The notes beneath the pieces are model-generated. The model worked only from the letters and a program-made list of their open reading frames with translations, did not search any database and was not told where the DNA came from. DNA of 20,515 bases from Cyanobacteriota bacterium (GTDB lineage Bacteria; Cyanobacteriota; Cyanobacteriia; Cyanobacteriales; Microcoleaceae): contig JAXHSW010000023.1 in assembly GCA_034190295.1 (NCBI GenBank), forward strand, positions 6,015-26,529. The letters are read 5' to 3'. Below, piece by piece: positions 7,797 through 16,500 of this stretch. Position 1 is the stretch's first letter. Each line of letters opens with the position of its first letter. The translations under genes and the position numbers were made by a program.

Positions 7797-9218
7797 ATGA
7801 AAAGTGAATTTTTAGAATCAAGTAAAGCCGAAACCACTGTAGAAATAACACAAATTCCTCCTGTAATACAAAGGGAACCAATTCAGGATTTTACAGGAAA
7901 AATTTCTACAGGTTTACCCATCGCTCTATCTATATTTGGAGTAATAGTATTAATCTGGTTTATCAATACATTCATACAAATTTGTAAACCCAATGAAATT
8001 CTAATTTTATCCGGTCGGAAACGGCGGACAAAAGAAGGAGAAACAGTTGGTTATCGCGTAATATTCGGTGGCAGAGCAATTCCCATTCCAATTCTGGAAA
8101 CAACCAAAACAATGGACCTACGCACGATGCCAGTACCTGTGGAAGTACGAAACGCTTACTCCAAAGGAGGTACCCCACTAAATATCCAAGCGATCGCCAA
8201 TGTCAAAGTTTCCAATGACCCCAAAATAGTAGGCAACGCCATAGAAAGATTTCTCGATCGCGACCGCTCAGAAATTACCCGTGTAGCAAGAGAAACCCTA
8301 GAAGGAAACCTACGGGGTGTAGTCGCCACCCTCACCCCAGAACAACTCAACGAAGACCGTCTCCAATTTGCCGAACGCATTGCCGAAGACGTGAGTCGCG
8401 ACTTATCAAAATTGGGCCTGCAACTCGACATCCTAAAAATTCAAAGCGTTTCCGATGACGTAGACTACCTAAACTCCATCGGTCGCAAACAAATTGCCAT
8501 GATTCGCCGAGATGCAGAAATAGCTGAGTCTAACGCCAAAGCAGAAGCAGACCAAATAGAAGCTGACTGCCGACGAAAGTCAGAAATTGCCAAAACCGAG
8601 TCATTAACATTAACCGTCAAAAAAGAAAACGAACTCCGCAAAATAACAGCAGAATTGGAACAGCAAGCACGCTCAGAAGAAGAACGAACCAAAGCTGCAG
8701 CTAAGGAAGCGAGGGCAAGAGCAGAACAATTATTACAAACAGTCCGCGCCGAATTAGAGCGCTTGCGTTTAGAAGCGGACGAAGTATTGCCAGCAGAAGC
8801 ACAACGGCAAGCAAAAGAACTCATAGCAAAAGGAAATGCTGCCTCTGTTTCCGAAAATGCTCAAGCTGAAGCTTTAGTTAACGATATGCTGTCCCAGGTT
8901 TGGCAGGAAACTGGCAACGATGCTGCTGAGGTGTTCTACTTACAGCAAATTAGTATGATTTTGCGCGAGTCTGCTAAAGTGACCAAGCAAGTTAAATTAG
9001 AAAATGTCAAAGTTATTGATAGTGGAGATGGCAAGTCGATCGCTAGTTTGGTGAATGCTTATCCTGAAATATTCCGCCAGTTCCTCAAAAATGTTAATCA
9101 AACCCTTGGCATTGATGTAACAGGAAACTTCAGCAATAGAAGTAGGGGCGAATGGCATTCGCCCGTAGGGGAGTCGGGGAGCAGGGGAGTCGGGGAGTCG
9201 GGGAGTCGAGGAGTATAG
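7797..9218 (+). CDS. Flotillin-like SPFH/Band-7 protein (FloT/YuaG-type), paralog 1; the 3' end is composed of repeat DNA
   Basis: 473 aa. It has an N-terminal hydrophobic hairpin, then an SPFH core (ILILSGRKRR...VGYRVIFGGRAIPIP...NAYSKGGTPLNIQAIANVKV...TPEQLNEDRLQFAERI), then an EA-rich coiled-coil flotillin domain. A GAGGAAA Shine-Dalgarno lies 9 nt upstream. The last ~25 codons (9140-9218) are encoded by a 19-bp palindrome plus GGGGAGT heptamers. Confidence 0.85.
   Translation: MKSEFLESSKAETTVEITQIPPVIQREPIQDFTGKISTGLPIALSIFGVIVLIWFINTFIQICKPNEILILSGRKRRTKEGETVGYRVIFGGRAIPIPILETTKTMDLRTMPVPVEVRNAYSKGGTPLNIQAIANVKVSNDPKIVGNAIERFLDRDRSEITRVARETLEGNLRGVVATLTPEQLNEDRLQFAERIAEDVSRDLSKLGLQLDILKIQSVSDDVDYLNSIGRKQIAMIRRDAEIAESNAKAEADQIEADCRRKSEIAKTESLTLTVKKENELRKITAELEQQARSEEERTKAAAKEARARAEQLLQTVRAELERLRLEADEVLPAEAQRQAKELIAKGNAASVSENAQAEALVNDMLSQVWQETGNDAAEVFYLQQISMILRESAKVTKQVKLENVKVIDSGDGKSIASLVNAYPEIFRQFLKNVNQTLGIDVTGNFSNRSRGEWHSPVGESGSRGVGESGSRGV
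9165..9216. repeat. GGGGAGT heptamer array forming the 3' end of flotillin paralog 1
   Basis: gtaggggagtcggggagcaggggagtcggggagtcggggagtcgaggagta. It supplies the C-terminal residues VGESGSRGVGESGSRGV and the stop codon. Confidence 0.85.
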
Positions 9219-9484
9219 TTATAAACATATACTATATAACCGGATTCTATATCAAGCACACAAGTATATTTTTTTGCCCTACTCCCTACTTTACCAATGG
9301 ATAATTGATATATTGATAATTAATCCTGCCTAGGTTGAAAGTCTCTCCTAATAATTGATAATTAGAGAGAGTTTTCATTATCCATTGTTCATTATCAATT
9401 GTTAAAGAGGTAATTATCCATTGTTCATTATCCATTATCAATTAATGAAAAGAGTATGTTTTTGATAATCAAGAGATAACGTGG

Positions 9485-9605
9485 GTCATTTCAGTTATCA
9501 GTTATCAGTACCGACCGCTAAAGCCGGAGGCTTGAAAATACGCTCATTGAATATTTTTTCATCCCCCTTTTAGGGGGAGGCTTTAAACCCAATTTTTCGG
9601 TCAGA
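9485..9605. repeat. Dispersed repeat family B, copy 2, upstream of flotillin paralog 2
   Basis: gtcatttcagttatcagttatcagtaccgaccgctaaagccggaggcttgaaaatacgctcattgaatattttttcatcccccttttagggggaggctttaaacccaatttttcggtca. Confidence 0.8.
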
Positions 9606-9670
9606 GAAAGGAGGAAAGTGGACTTGGAAGCAGAAACAAAGAACATTCAAACTCATAATATCTACGCTTT

Positions 9671-9727
9671 TTTCTCCCTTGTCTCCTTCTCCTCCTCTTC
9701 CTTCTTCCTTCTTCCCTCTTCCCTCTT
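9671..9727. repeat. CT-rich (CTTCCTT/CTTCCCT) heptamer tract directly upstream of the flotillin paralog 2 start
   Basis: tttctcccttgtctccttctcctcctcttccttcttccttcttccctcttccctctt, ending ~30 nt before the ATG at 9759. Confidence 0.85.
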
Positions 9728-9758
9728 AAATAACTAAAATAACGGAGTAAAAAAAATC

Positions 9759-11009
9759 ATGGAAATAGTATTAGCATTACTGGGAGTTTTCGGTCTTGGT
9801 ACTGGTGCAGGTGTCTTTGTCATTCGCAACCTTTATTATATTTGTCAACCAAGTGAAGTCCTAATTTTTTCTGGAAGTCGTCACCATATTGGAGACAGCG
9901 AGCAAAAAGTGGGATATCGTCTCGTTAAGGGAGGTAGTAGCGTTCGCGTCCCCCTCTTAGAACAAGCTTTCCGCATGGACTTGAGTAATATGATTATTGA
10001 ACTCAAGGTTAATAATGCTTATTCTAAAGGTGGTATTCCTCTCACAGTCGAGAGTGTGGCAAATATCAAAATTGCTGGTGAAGAACCTACTATTCACAAT
10101 GCGATCGAGCGTCTGCTAGGCAAAACTCGCCAGGAAATTGAAAAATTAGCTCAGGAAACTCTAGAAGGAAATTTGCGTGGTGTGTTAGCTTCTCTGACAC
10201 CAGAACAAGTCAATGAAGACAAAATTGCTTTTGCCAAAAGCTTGCTGGAGGAAGCAGAAGACGACCTAGAAAAATTAGGTTTAGTTTTAGATACTCTGCA
10301 AATTCAGAATATTGCTGATGATGTAGGATATCTTGACTCTATTGGTCGAAAACAACAAGCTGAATTGTTACGAGATTCTCGTATTGCCGAAGCACAAACC
10401 CAGGCAGAATCAATTATTCGCTCGGCAGAAAACCAAAAGAATACTTCTTTCAAACAGATTGAAACTAAAATTGCTGTAGCTCGTGCAGAAGCTGAAAGGC
10501 GCATTCAAGATGCGATGACAAAACGGCAAGCAGTGGTGGCCGAAGCGGAGGCTGATATTGGCTCAGAAGTGGCGCGGACTCAGGCTGAAGTAGCAGTGCA
10601 GAATGAGCGTATTAAACAGGTAGAACAACAGTTACAGGCAGATGTAGTTGCTCCTGCAGAAGCTGAATGTAAACGAGCGATCGCTGGTGCAAAGGGAGAT
10701 GCTGCTGCTATTGTCGAACCAGGGAAGGCACAAGCAGAGGGTATTAGAAAGTTAGTAGAATCTTGGAAAGCTGCTGGTACAAATGCGCGGGAAGTTTTTC
10801 TGTATCAGAAGTTGGAAGAGTTGCTGAAGATTATGGTATCTACTGTGCCAGAGGTTGATGTGGATAATGTGACTGTGATTAATACTCAAGGTGGGAGCAA
10901 TGCTACAAAAATGGCTGCTTTTCTTGAGGAGTTTAAGCAAACTACTGGTATTGATGTAGCTACTACGGTCAATAGTTTAAGCGATCGGGGAGTCGGGAGT
11001 CGGGAGTAG
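9759..11009 (+). CDS. Flotillin-like SPFH/Band-7 protein, paralog 2; the 3' end runs into a GGGGAGT heptamer array
   Basis: 416 aa. It is clearly homologous to the preceding ORF (VLIFSGS...VGYRLVKGGSSVRVPLL...NAYSKGGIPLTVESVANIKI...TPEQVNEDKIAFAKSL...DDVGYLDSIGRKQ). A coiled-coil EA-rich tail follows. The final ~8 codons (DRGVGSRE) are read from the heptamer repeat. Confidence 0.85.
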   Translation: MEIVLALLGVFGLGTGAGVFVIRNLYYICQPSEVLIFSGSRHHIGDSEQKVGYRLVKGGSSVRVPLLEQAFRMDLSNMIIELKVNNAYSKGGIPLTVESVANIKIAGEEPTIHNAIERLLGKTRQEIEKLAQETLEGNLRGVLASLTPEQVNEDKIAFAKSLLEEAEDDLEKLGLVLDTLQIQNIADDVGYLDSIGRKQQAELLRDSRIAEAQTQAESIIRSAENQKNTSFKQIETKIAVARAEAERRIQDAMTKRQAVVAEAEADIGSEVARTQAEVAVQNERIKQVEQQLQADVVAPAEAECKRAIAGAKGDAAAIVEPGKAQAEGIRKLVESWKAAGTNAREVFLYQKLEELLKIMVSTVPEVDVDNVTVINTQGGSNATKMAAFLEEFKQTTGIDVATTVNSLSDRGVGSRE

Positions 11010-11120
11010 GGGAGTAGAGGAGCAGGGTCGTAGGGGCTTTCTGGCATTCGTCCGGAGTAGGGGAGTCGGGTCGTAGGGGCTTTCTGGCATTCGCCCGGAG
11101 TAGGGGAGTCGGGCCGGGCT
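10985..11120. repeat. GGGGAGT heptamers plus two tandem copies of a 43-bp unit (gggtcgtaggggctttctggcattcgYccggagtaggggagtcggg)
   Basis: Read directly: the 43-bp unit at 11025-11067 is duplicated at 11068-11110. The ggcattcgccc core is related to the 19-bp palindrome found at 9146-9164 and 17759-17777. Confidence 0.8.
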
Positions 11121-11162
11121 AATTCTTTGTCATCAGAGAATACTTACAACCCTATATTTTTT

Positions 11163-11296
11163 GAGTCCCACCCTGACCACACCTCCCACACCTCCCACAC
11201 CTCCCACCCTGACCACACTTCCCACATTTCCCACACTTCCCACCCTCCCCACACTTCCCACCCTCCCCACACTTCCCACACCTCCCACATTTCCCA
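11163..11296. repeat. Imperfect 9-nt tandem array (CACYTCCCA / CACCCTGAC variants, about 14 units)
   Basis: cccaccctgaccacacctcccacacctcccacacctcccaccctgaccacacttcccacatttcccacacttcccaccctccccacacttccc... Both overlapping + strand ORFs here (HTSHTSH and PTLPTLP runs) are artefacts of this periodicity. Confidence 0.85.
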
Positions 11297-11299
11297 CAC

Positions 11300-11370
11300 A
11301 CGGTATTATGGCTTATTCGATTTTTGTTGGGTTGCGCTGCCGCTTAACCCAACCTACGGTATTATGGCTT
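11300..11370. repeat. 15-bp direct repeats ACGGTATTATGGCTT (11300-11314 and 11356-11370) flanking a 41-bp segment with an 8-bp-stem hairpin (GTTGGGTT...AACCCAAC)
   Basis: Read directly. It lies between the convergent flotillin-2 and pepA 3' ends. Neither strand has a U-run after the hairpin. Confidence 0.7.
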
Positions 11371-11377
11371 CTGAATT

Positions 11378-12850
11378 CTAACTCACAACCCAATTTACCA
11401 GAGTCCGAACACCATAACCAGTTGCACCAGCATTATTGTAACCATTTTCTGCATCTATCCATACAGGTCCGGCAACATCCAAATGTGCCCAAGGTGTATC
11501 TTTAACAAACTGCTTCAAAAATAAAGCGGCAGTAATAGCACCACCAGGGCGAGGTCCAGTATTTTTCATATCGGCGTGCATAGCTTTCAACCCCTCAAAA
11601 TATTTCTCCTCCAAAGGCATCCGCCATAGTTTTTCGCCAGCACTTTCTGCTGCTGCTGCCAGTTGCCCGGCTAAATCATCATTAGGACTCCATAAACCAG
11701 CAATATCATTACCCAATGCTACAACACAAGCACCTGTGAGAGTAGCTAAATCGACGATCGCATCTACTCCTAATTTATCCGCAAAGACTAAAGCATCTGC
11801 TAAAGTCAAACGACCTTCTGCATCTGTATTATTAACCTCAATAGTTTTGCCATTAGAAGCAGTGAGGAAATCTCCAGGGTGCATGGCGTGGCCACTAACC
11901 ATATTTTCAGTGACGGCGCTAATAAAGTGAACTTCCACATCTGGTTTAAGTTGAGCGATCGCCTTCACAGTACCAAAAGTTGTACCAGCTCCACCCATAT
12001 CAACTTTCATCATTTCAATGCCACTACCAGAAACTTTGAGGTTTAAGCCACCAGAGTCAAAAGTTAAGCCTTTCCCCACTATTGCTAACTTTTTACGAGG
12101 AGTACCTTCTGGTTTGTAGGTGATATGAATAAATTTTGGTGGAATATCGGAAGCTTGAGCAACTCCCAGGAAAGCTCCCATGCCTAATTTTTCACAATCT
12201 TCTCGTTCTAAAATTTCTATAGTTAACCCAAACTCTTTAGCCAAAGCTTCAGCAGTTTCAGCCATAGTTATTGGGGTGCAGGAATTAGCAGGTGCTGCTA
12301 CAAGTTCCCTGGCTAGGATCACCCCAGAACAGATTTTCCGGGCACGGGCGATCGCTTCATCAGAGCCAGCTAAACCGATTAACTCTACTTTTTCTACATC
12401 TGGCCCTTGGTCTTCCAGTTCAGATTTAAAGCGATTATCTTGATGGAGGACTAACTCAATGCCTTCTGTTATCGCTGCACTTGTTGCTTCAGTATTATCA
12501 CATATTGGCAAGCTAATGCCTAGAGTTTTGCATCTCTCCTTTTTTGCCAAACGTCCACAGGTTGCTGCTGCTTGGCGTAGAGTTTCTAATTTTAACTCTT
12601 CCGATTTACCCAGGCCCACTATAATAATTTTGCGGATGGATTTTTTGCTACCCACACGAGTCGAGGCACTGCTGTTGATTTTACCCTTAAATTCTGTTTC
12701 TTCGATTAGTTCAGATAAAGTGCCAGTCAGCTTTTCATCCAAATAGGCCATATCCCCGGTTAATATGCTATCGGTATCTTCAAATAAACCAATGGCTAGG
12801 GCATCTCCGGTCCATTCTAACAGAGGTGTCTCGATCGCTCTAATTTCCAT
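11378..12850 (-). CDS. pepA: Leucyl aminopeptidase (M17 family, cytosol aminopeptidase)
   Basis: 490 aa with the M17 signature NTDAEGRL, plus the conserved metal-ligand context (VDMGGAG; [12 protein letters not shown]; AALFL). An AGGAG Shine-Dalgarno lies 7 nt upstream of the ATG on the minus strand. Confidence 0.9.
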   Translation of the reverse strand: MEIRAIETPLLEWTGDALAIGLFEDTDSILTGDMAYLDEKLTGTLSELIEETEFKGKINSSASTRVGSKKSIRKIIIVGLGKSEELKLETLRQAAATCGRLAKKERCKTLGISLPICDNTEATSAAITEGIELVLHQDNRFKSELEDQGPDVEKVELIGLAGSDEAIARARKICSGVILARELVAAPANSCTPITMAETAEALAKEFGLTIEILEREDCEKLGMGAFLGVAQASDIPPKFIHITYKPEGTPRKKLAIVGKGLTFDSGGLNLKVSGSGIEMMKVDMGGAGTTFGTVKAIAQLKPDVEVHFISAVTENMVSGHAMHPGDFLTASNGKTIEVNNTDAEGRLTLADALVFADKLGVDAIVDLATLTGACVVALGNDIAGLWSPNDDLAGQLAAAAESAGEKLWRMPLEEKYFEGLKAMHADMKNTGPRPGGAITAALFLKQFVKDTPWAHLDVAGPVWIDAENGYNNAGATGYGVRTLVNWVVS

Positions 12851-12987
12851 CTTTATCTCCTTTTTACTGGTAATTGGTAAATTATCTTAATCGTTTTTTT
12901 GAGTTTGAACTCGGATAATTACTTTTTTAATTATTTTTTTGATTAAGTTAATAGACATAGGCGTGAAAAAGATATAGATTTTTTTTC

Positions 12988-13104
12988 AATAATTAATAAT
13001 TAACAATTATCTCTCCTTGAAAACGGATAGAATTGACTAATCATTAAATTTTTTCTTTATTCTCCCCTTAAAAGGGTCGGCTTTCAACCACAATTTTTCG
13101 GTAA
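12988..13104. repeat. Dispersed repeat family A, copy 3 (in the divergent pepA / GGDEF-EAL intergenic region)
   Basis: aataattaataattaacaattatctctccttgaaaacggatagaattgactaatcattaaattttttctttattctccccttaaaagggtcggctttcaaccacaatttttcggtaa. Confidence 0.8.
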
Positions 13105-13587
13105 AAGTAGGGAACACCGGAGCTGGGAATATGTTTTATTGATAATAATAATATTTTCTCTATTTAATTTAATAACAACTAGATAAAAAATGCTACCTCC
13201 ATCGAAATATTAATAATTTTTTGTTTATGTAATACTTGAAAATCTAATGTTTCATCTTTTGAAAATGTAGTTATATTCTGCTTAATTCAGATTAAGTTGA
13301 TTTTCTGCTAGTAAATATATTTTTTTAAGATGTAAGAATATTTTTAGTTTCCAAAGATAAGTTATCTATTATTAATTTTAGATATACTACTCTTGTTAGG
13401 AAAAAGTATATATAAATTTTTCTTTATGTAAAAGATAACAGTTCAATCGTAAATATACCGATCGACAAAGAAAGACCGAGGGACAAATTATCAAGATATA
13501 AGAGTATAAGCATAACTAACTTAAAAGTTTTAATTATACCAAAATAAAAGATTATAAATTTCAAAAAATTAACAAAATGTAGTTATT

Positions 13588-16500
13588 ATGTGGCAACTAA
13601 TACAAAACATATTTTCCCCAGAACAATTAATGCCCCATGGACAATGCTATCTTTGGGAATCAAGCTTAATTTGGCTACACGCTAGCTCAGATGCATTAAC
13701 AGCAATAGCTTACTACTCCATCCCATTGATGTTAGTGTACTTTGTCCGTCAACGACAGGATGTACCCTTTAGATGGATATTCTGGATGTTTGGGGCCTTC
13801 ATTGCCTCCTGCGGTACAGTCCATCTCATAGAAGTTTGGACTTTGTGGCATCCTGCCTATTGGTTATCAGGAGGTCTCAAAGCAATTACAGCCATAGTTT
13901 CCCTATACACAGCTATGGAAATGTATCCTCTGATTCCCCAAGCATTAGAATTACCAAGTCCGTCCAAATTAACAGCAATTAACAAAACTTTAGAATCAGA
14001 AATTAAAGAACGTAAAGACGTAGAAGAAGCATTACGAAAAAGCGAAAGTCAATATCGTGGCATAATCGAAGACCAAACAGAATTGATTTGTCGTTTTTAT
14101 CCAGGGGGAGTTTTGAGTTTTGTCAACCATGCTTATTGTCGCTATTTTGATACAACCTCAGAAGAGGTAATTGGGATAAGTTTTTATCAGTTTTTGCCAT
14201 CTTTCGAGATGGTAAAGCTACAACAACTATTAGATACTCTGACCCCAGAACAACCCGCAGCTATGAATGAACAAATGGTAGAAATGTCCAACGGAGAGTG
14301 CAGGTGGCAGAAATGGACAAATCGAGCAATATTTGATGAAGACAATAACTTATTAGAATATCAAGCAGTGGGGCGAGATATCACAGCTATCCGAGAAAGC
14401 GAAAGACGCTTCCAGGCTATTTTTAATCAAACATTTCAATTTATTGGACTCTTAAATCCAGACGGTACTATCTTAGAAGCTAATCAGACATTTTTAGACT
14501 TTACTGGTCTCAAACATGAAGATATTGTCGGACATTTTTTTTGGCAAGTTAAATGGTGGTTAGCAGTGGATGATGAGGAAAATCCTAGAGACATAGAAAC
14601 TAAACATAGACTTGCTCAAGCACAAATGAGAAAAGCGATCGCACTAGCAGTCAAAGGTGAGTTTGTCCGTTATGAAATTATGGTAGTAGGTATTAATAAA
14701 CAAGTAATTACCATCGACTTTTCTCTCAAACCAGTTTTTAACGAACTTGGACAGGTGGTCTTATTAATTTGCGAAGGTCACGATATCACAGACCGCAAAC
14801 AGGCAGAAAAACAACTTTCTATTCTCAATGCTGAATTAGAAACACGAGTTGCAGAGCAAACTTCCCAATTAAGGCTAATTAACCAAGCTTGTAAAAATCG
14901 AATTAGACAGCAGCGAGCTATAGCTCAAATTACTCAAGAAGCATTATCAGGCAAAGAAGTTTCTCTTTTGATGGATGAGATGGTACAAATAGTTGCCCAA
15001 ATATTAGATGGAGAATACTGCCAAATTCTCCAACTGCTACCTGATGGAAATGCTTTACTCTTAGAAGCTGGATTTGGTTGGGATGAGGGACTTGTAGGTC
15101 ATGCCATAGTAGAGACTGGCAGTGATACTCAAGCAGGTTATACCCTAAATTCATCTAAACCTGTAATTGTCGAAGATTTTCGTCTTGAAACTAGATTCAG
15201 GGGATCGCAACTGCTGCGCGACCATGGAATTATTTCTGGAATCAGCGTCATTATTCCTGGCGGTGAAAAACAGAAACCTTATGGGATACTGGGTATACAT
15301 ACTAAAATGAAGTGGTGGTTTACTCAGGATGATGTTTATTTTTTGCAGGCAGTAGCTAATGTACTAAGTACAGCGCTCGAACGACAGCAAACTCAGGATT
15401 CTCTGAGGTCTAGTGAGGAAAACTTCCGCCAAATTGCAGAAAATATCCGAGAGGTTTTTTGGATAAGTACCCTTGACAAAAGTGAGTTAATCTACGTCAG
15501 TCCTACTTATAAAGATGTTTGGGGTGGCTCTATCAATAATTTATCCGAATGGCTAGAAACAGTTACAAATAGCATTCATCCATTAGACCGCGATCGCTTT
15601 GTCTTGAGTTGGCAAAAGCAAAACCGTGGTGAGTTGACGAACGATGAGTATCGAATTGTACGACCTGATGGTGAAAATCGCTGGATTTGGAGTCGTACTT
15701 TTCCTGTTCGCGATCGAGCGGGAAAAATATACCGCACTGTAGGTATTTCTGAAGATATTACACCACGCAAACAGATGGAGTTGGCTCTGTTTCAAGAAAA
15801 AGAATTAGCCGAAATTACATTAAAATCTATCGGGGATGGGGTGATTACTACTGATGAAAAAGGTAATGTTGATTATCTTAATCCCATTGCTGAAAAACTT
15901 ACTGGATGGGAGTTATCAACAGCTCAAGGTTTGCCACTAGCTGAGATTTTCCAAATTGTTGATGAACAAGACCGTAAACCAATGGAGAGTCCGGTAGATA
16001 TAGTTTTCCGAGAACGGCGAATCGTTGAACTGGCTAGTAATACCCTTTTGCTGGCGCGTGATGGTCAAGAGTATGCAATAGAAGATTCTGCTGCTCCTAT
16101 CAAAACAGAATCCGATCGAATCTTAGGGGTAGTGTTAGTTTTTCGAGATGTGACAGACAAGCGCAAGTTGACCAATCAAATATTTTGGCAAGCTCAACAC
16201 GATTCTCTCACAGGGTTGTTAAACCGCAGAGAATTTGAGAAATATTTAGAAAATTCTTTGGATAAAGTAAATAAATACAAGCAAGTACATACTCTTGCTT
16301 ATATAGACTTAGATCGATTTAAAATTGTTAATGATACCTGTGGTCATAAAGCTGGAGATGAATTGTTACGTCAGGTTACTCTTTTATTACAATCTCAATG
16401 TCGTCAAGCAGATATTTTAGCTCGGATCGGTGGAGATGAATTTGCTTTGCTATTATTACAGTGCCGCATGAATAATGCTCAAAGAGTAGTGCAAAAGTTA

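Noticed and set aside
11315-11355. Hairpin GTTGGGTT...AACCCAAC as an intrinsic terminator for pepA or flot2
   Set aside because: No U-tract follows the stem on either transcript strand. The U-run precedes it on the + strand, and an A-run follows it on the minus strand. I report it as a repeat and not as a terminator.
11127-11505. Two overlapping + strand ORFs (84 aa and 114 aa) with HTSHTS / PTLPTL repetitive translations
   Set aside because: They are in-frame readings of a 9-nt tandem DNA repeat. The longer one overlaps the 3' end of the well-supported pepA gene on the opposite strand. They have no start context and are low-complexity.
13130-13587. Search for an NtcA box (GTA-N8-TAC) in the AT-rich GGDEF-EAL upstream region
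   Set aside because: I scanned every GTA trinucleotide by eye. None is followed by TAC at the correct 8-nt spacing, so I make no NtcA-site call.
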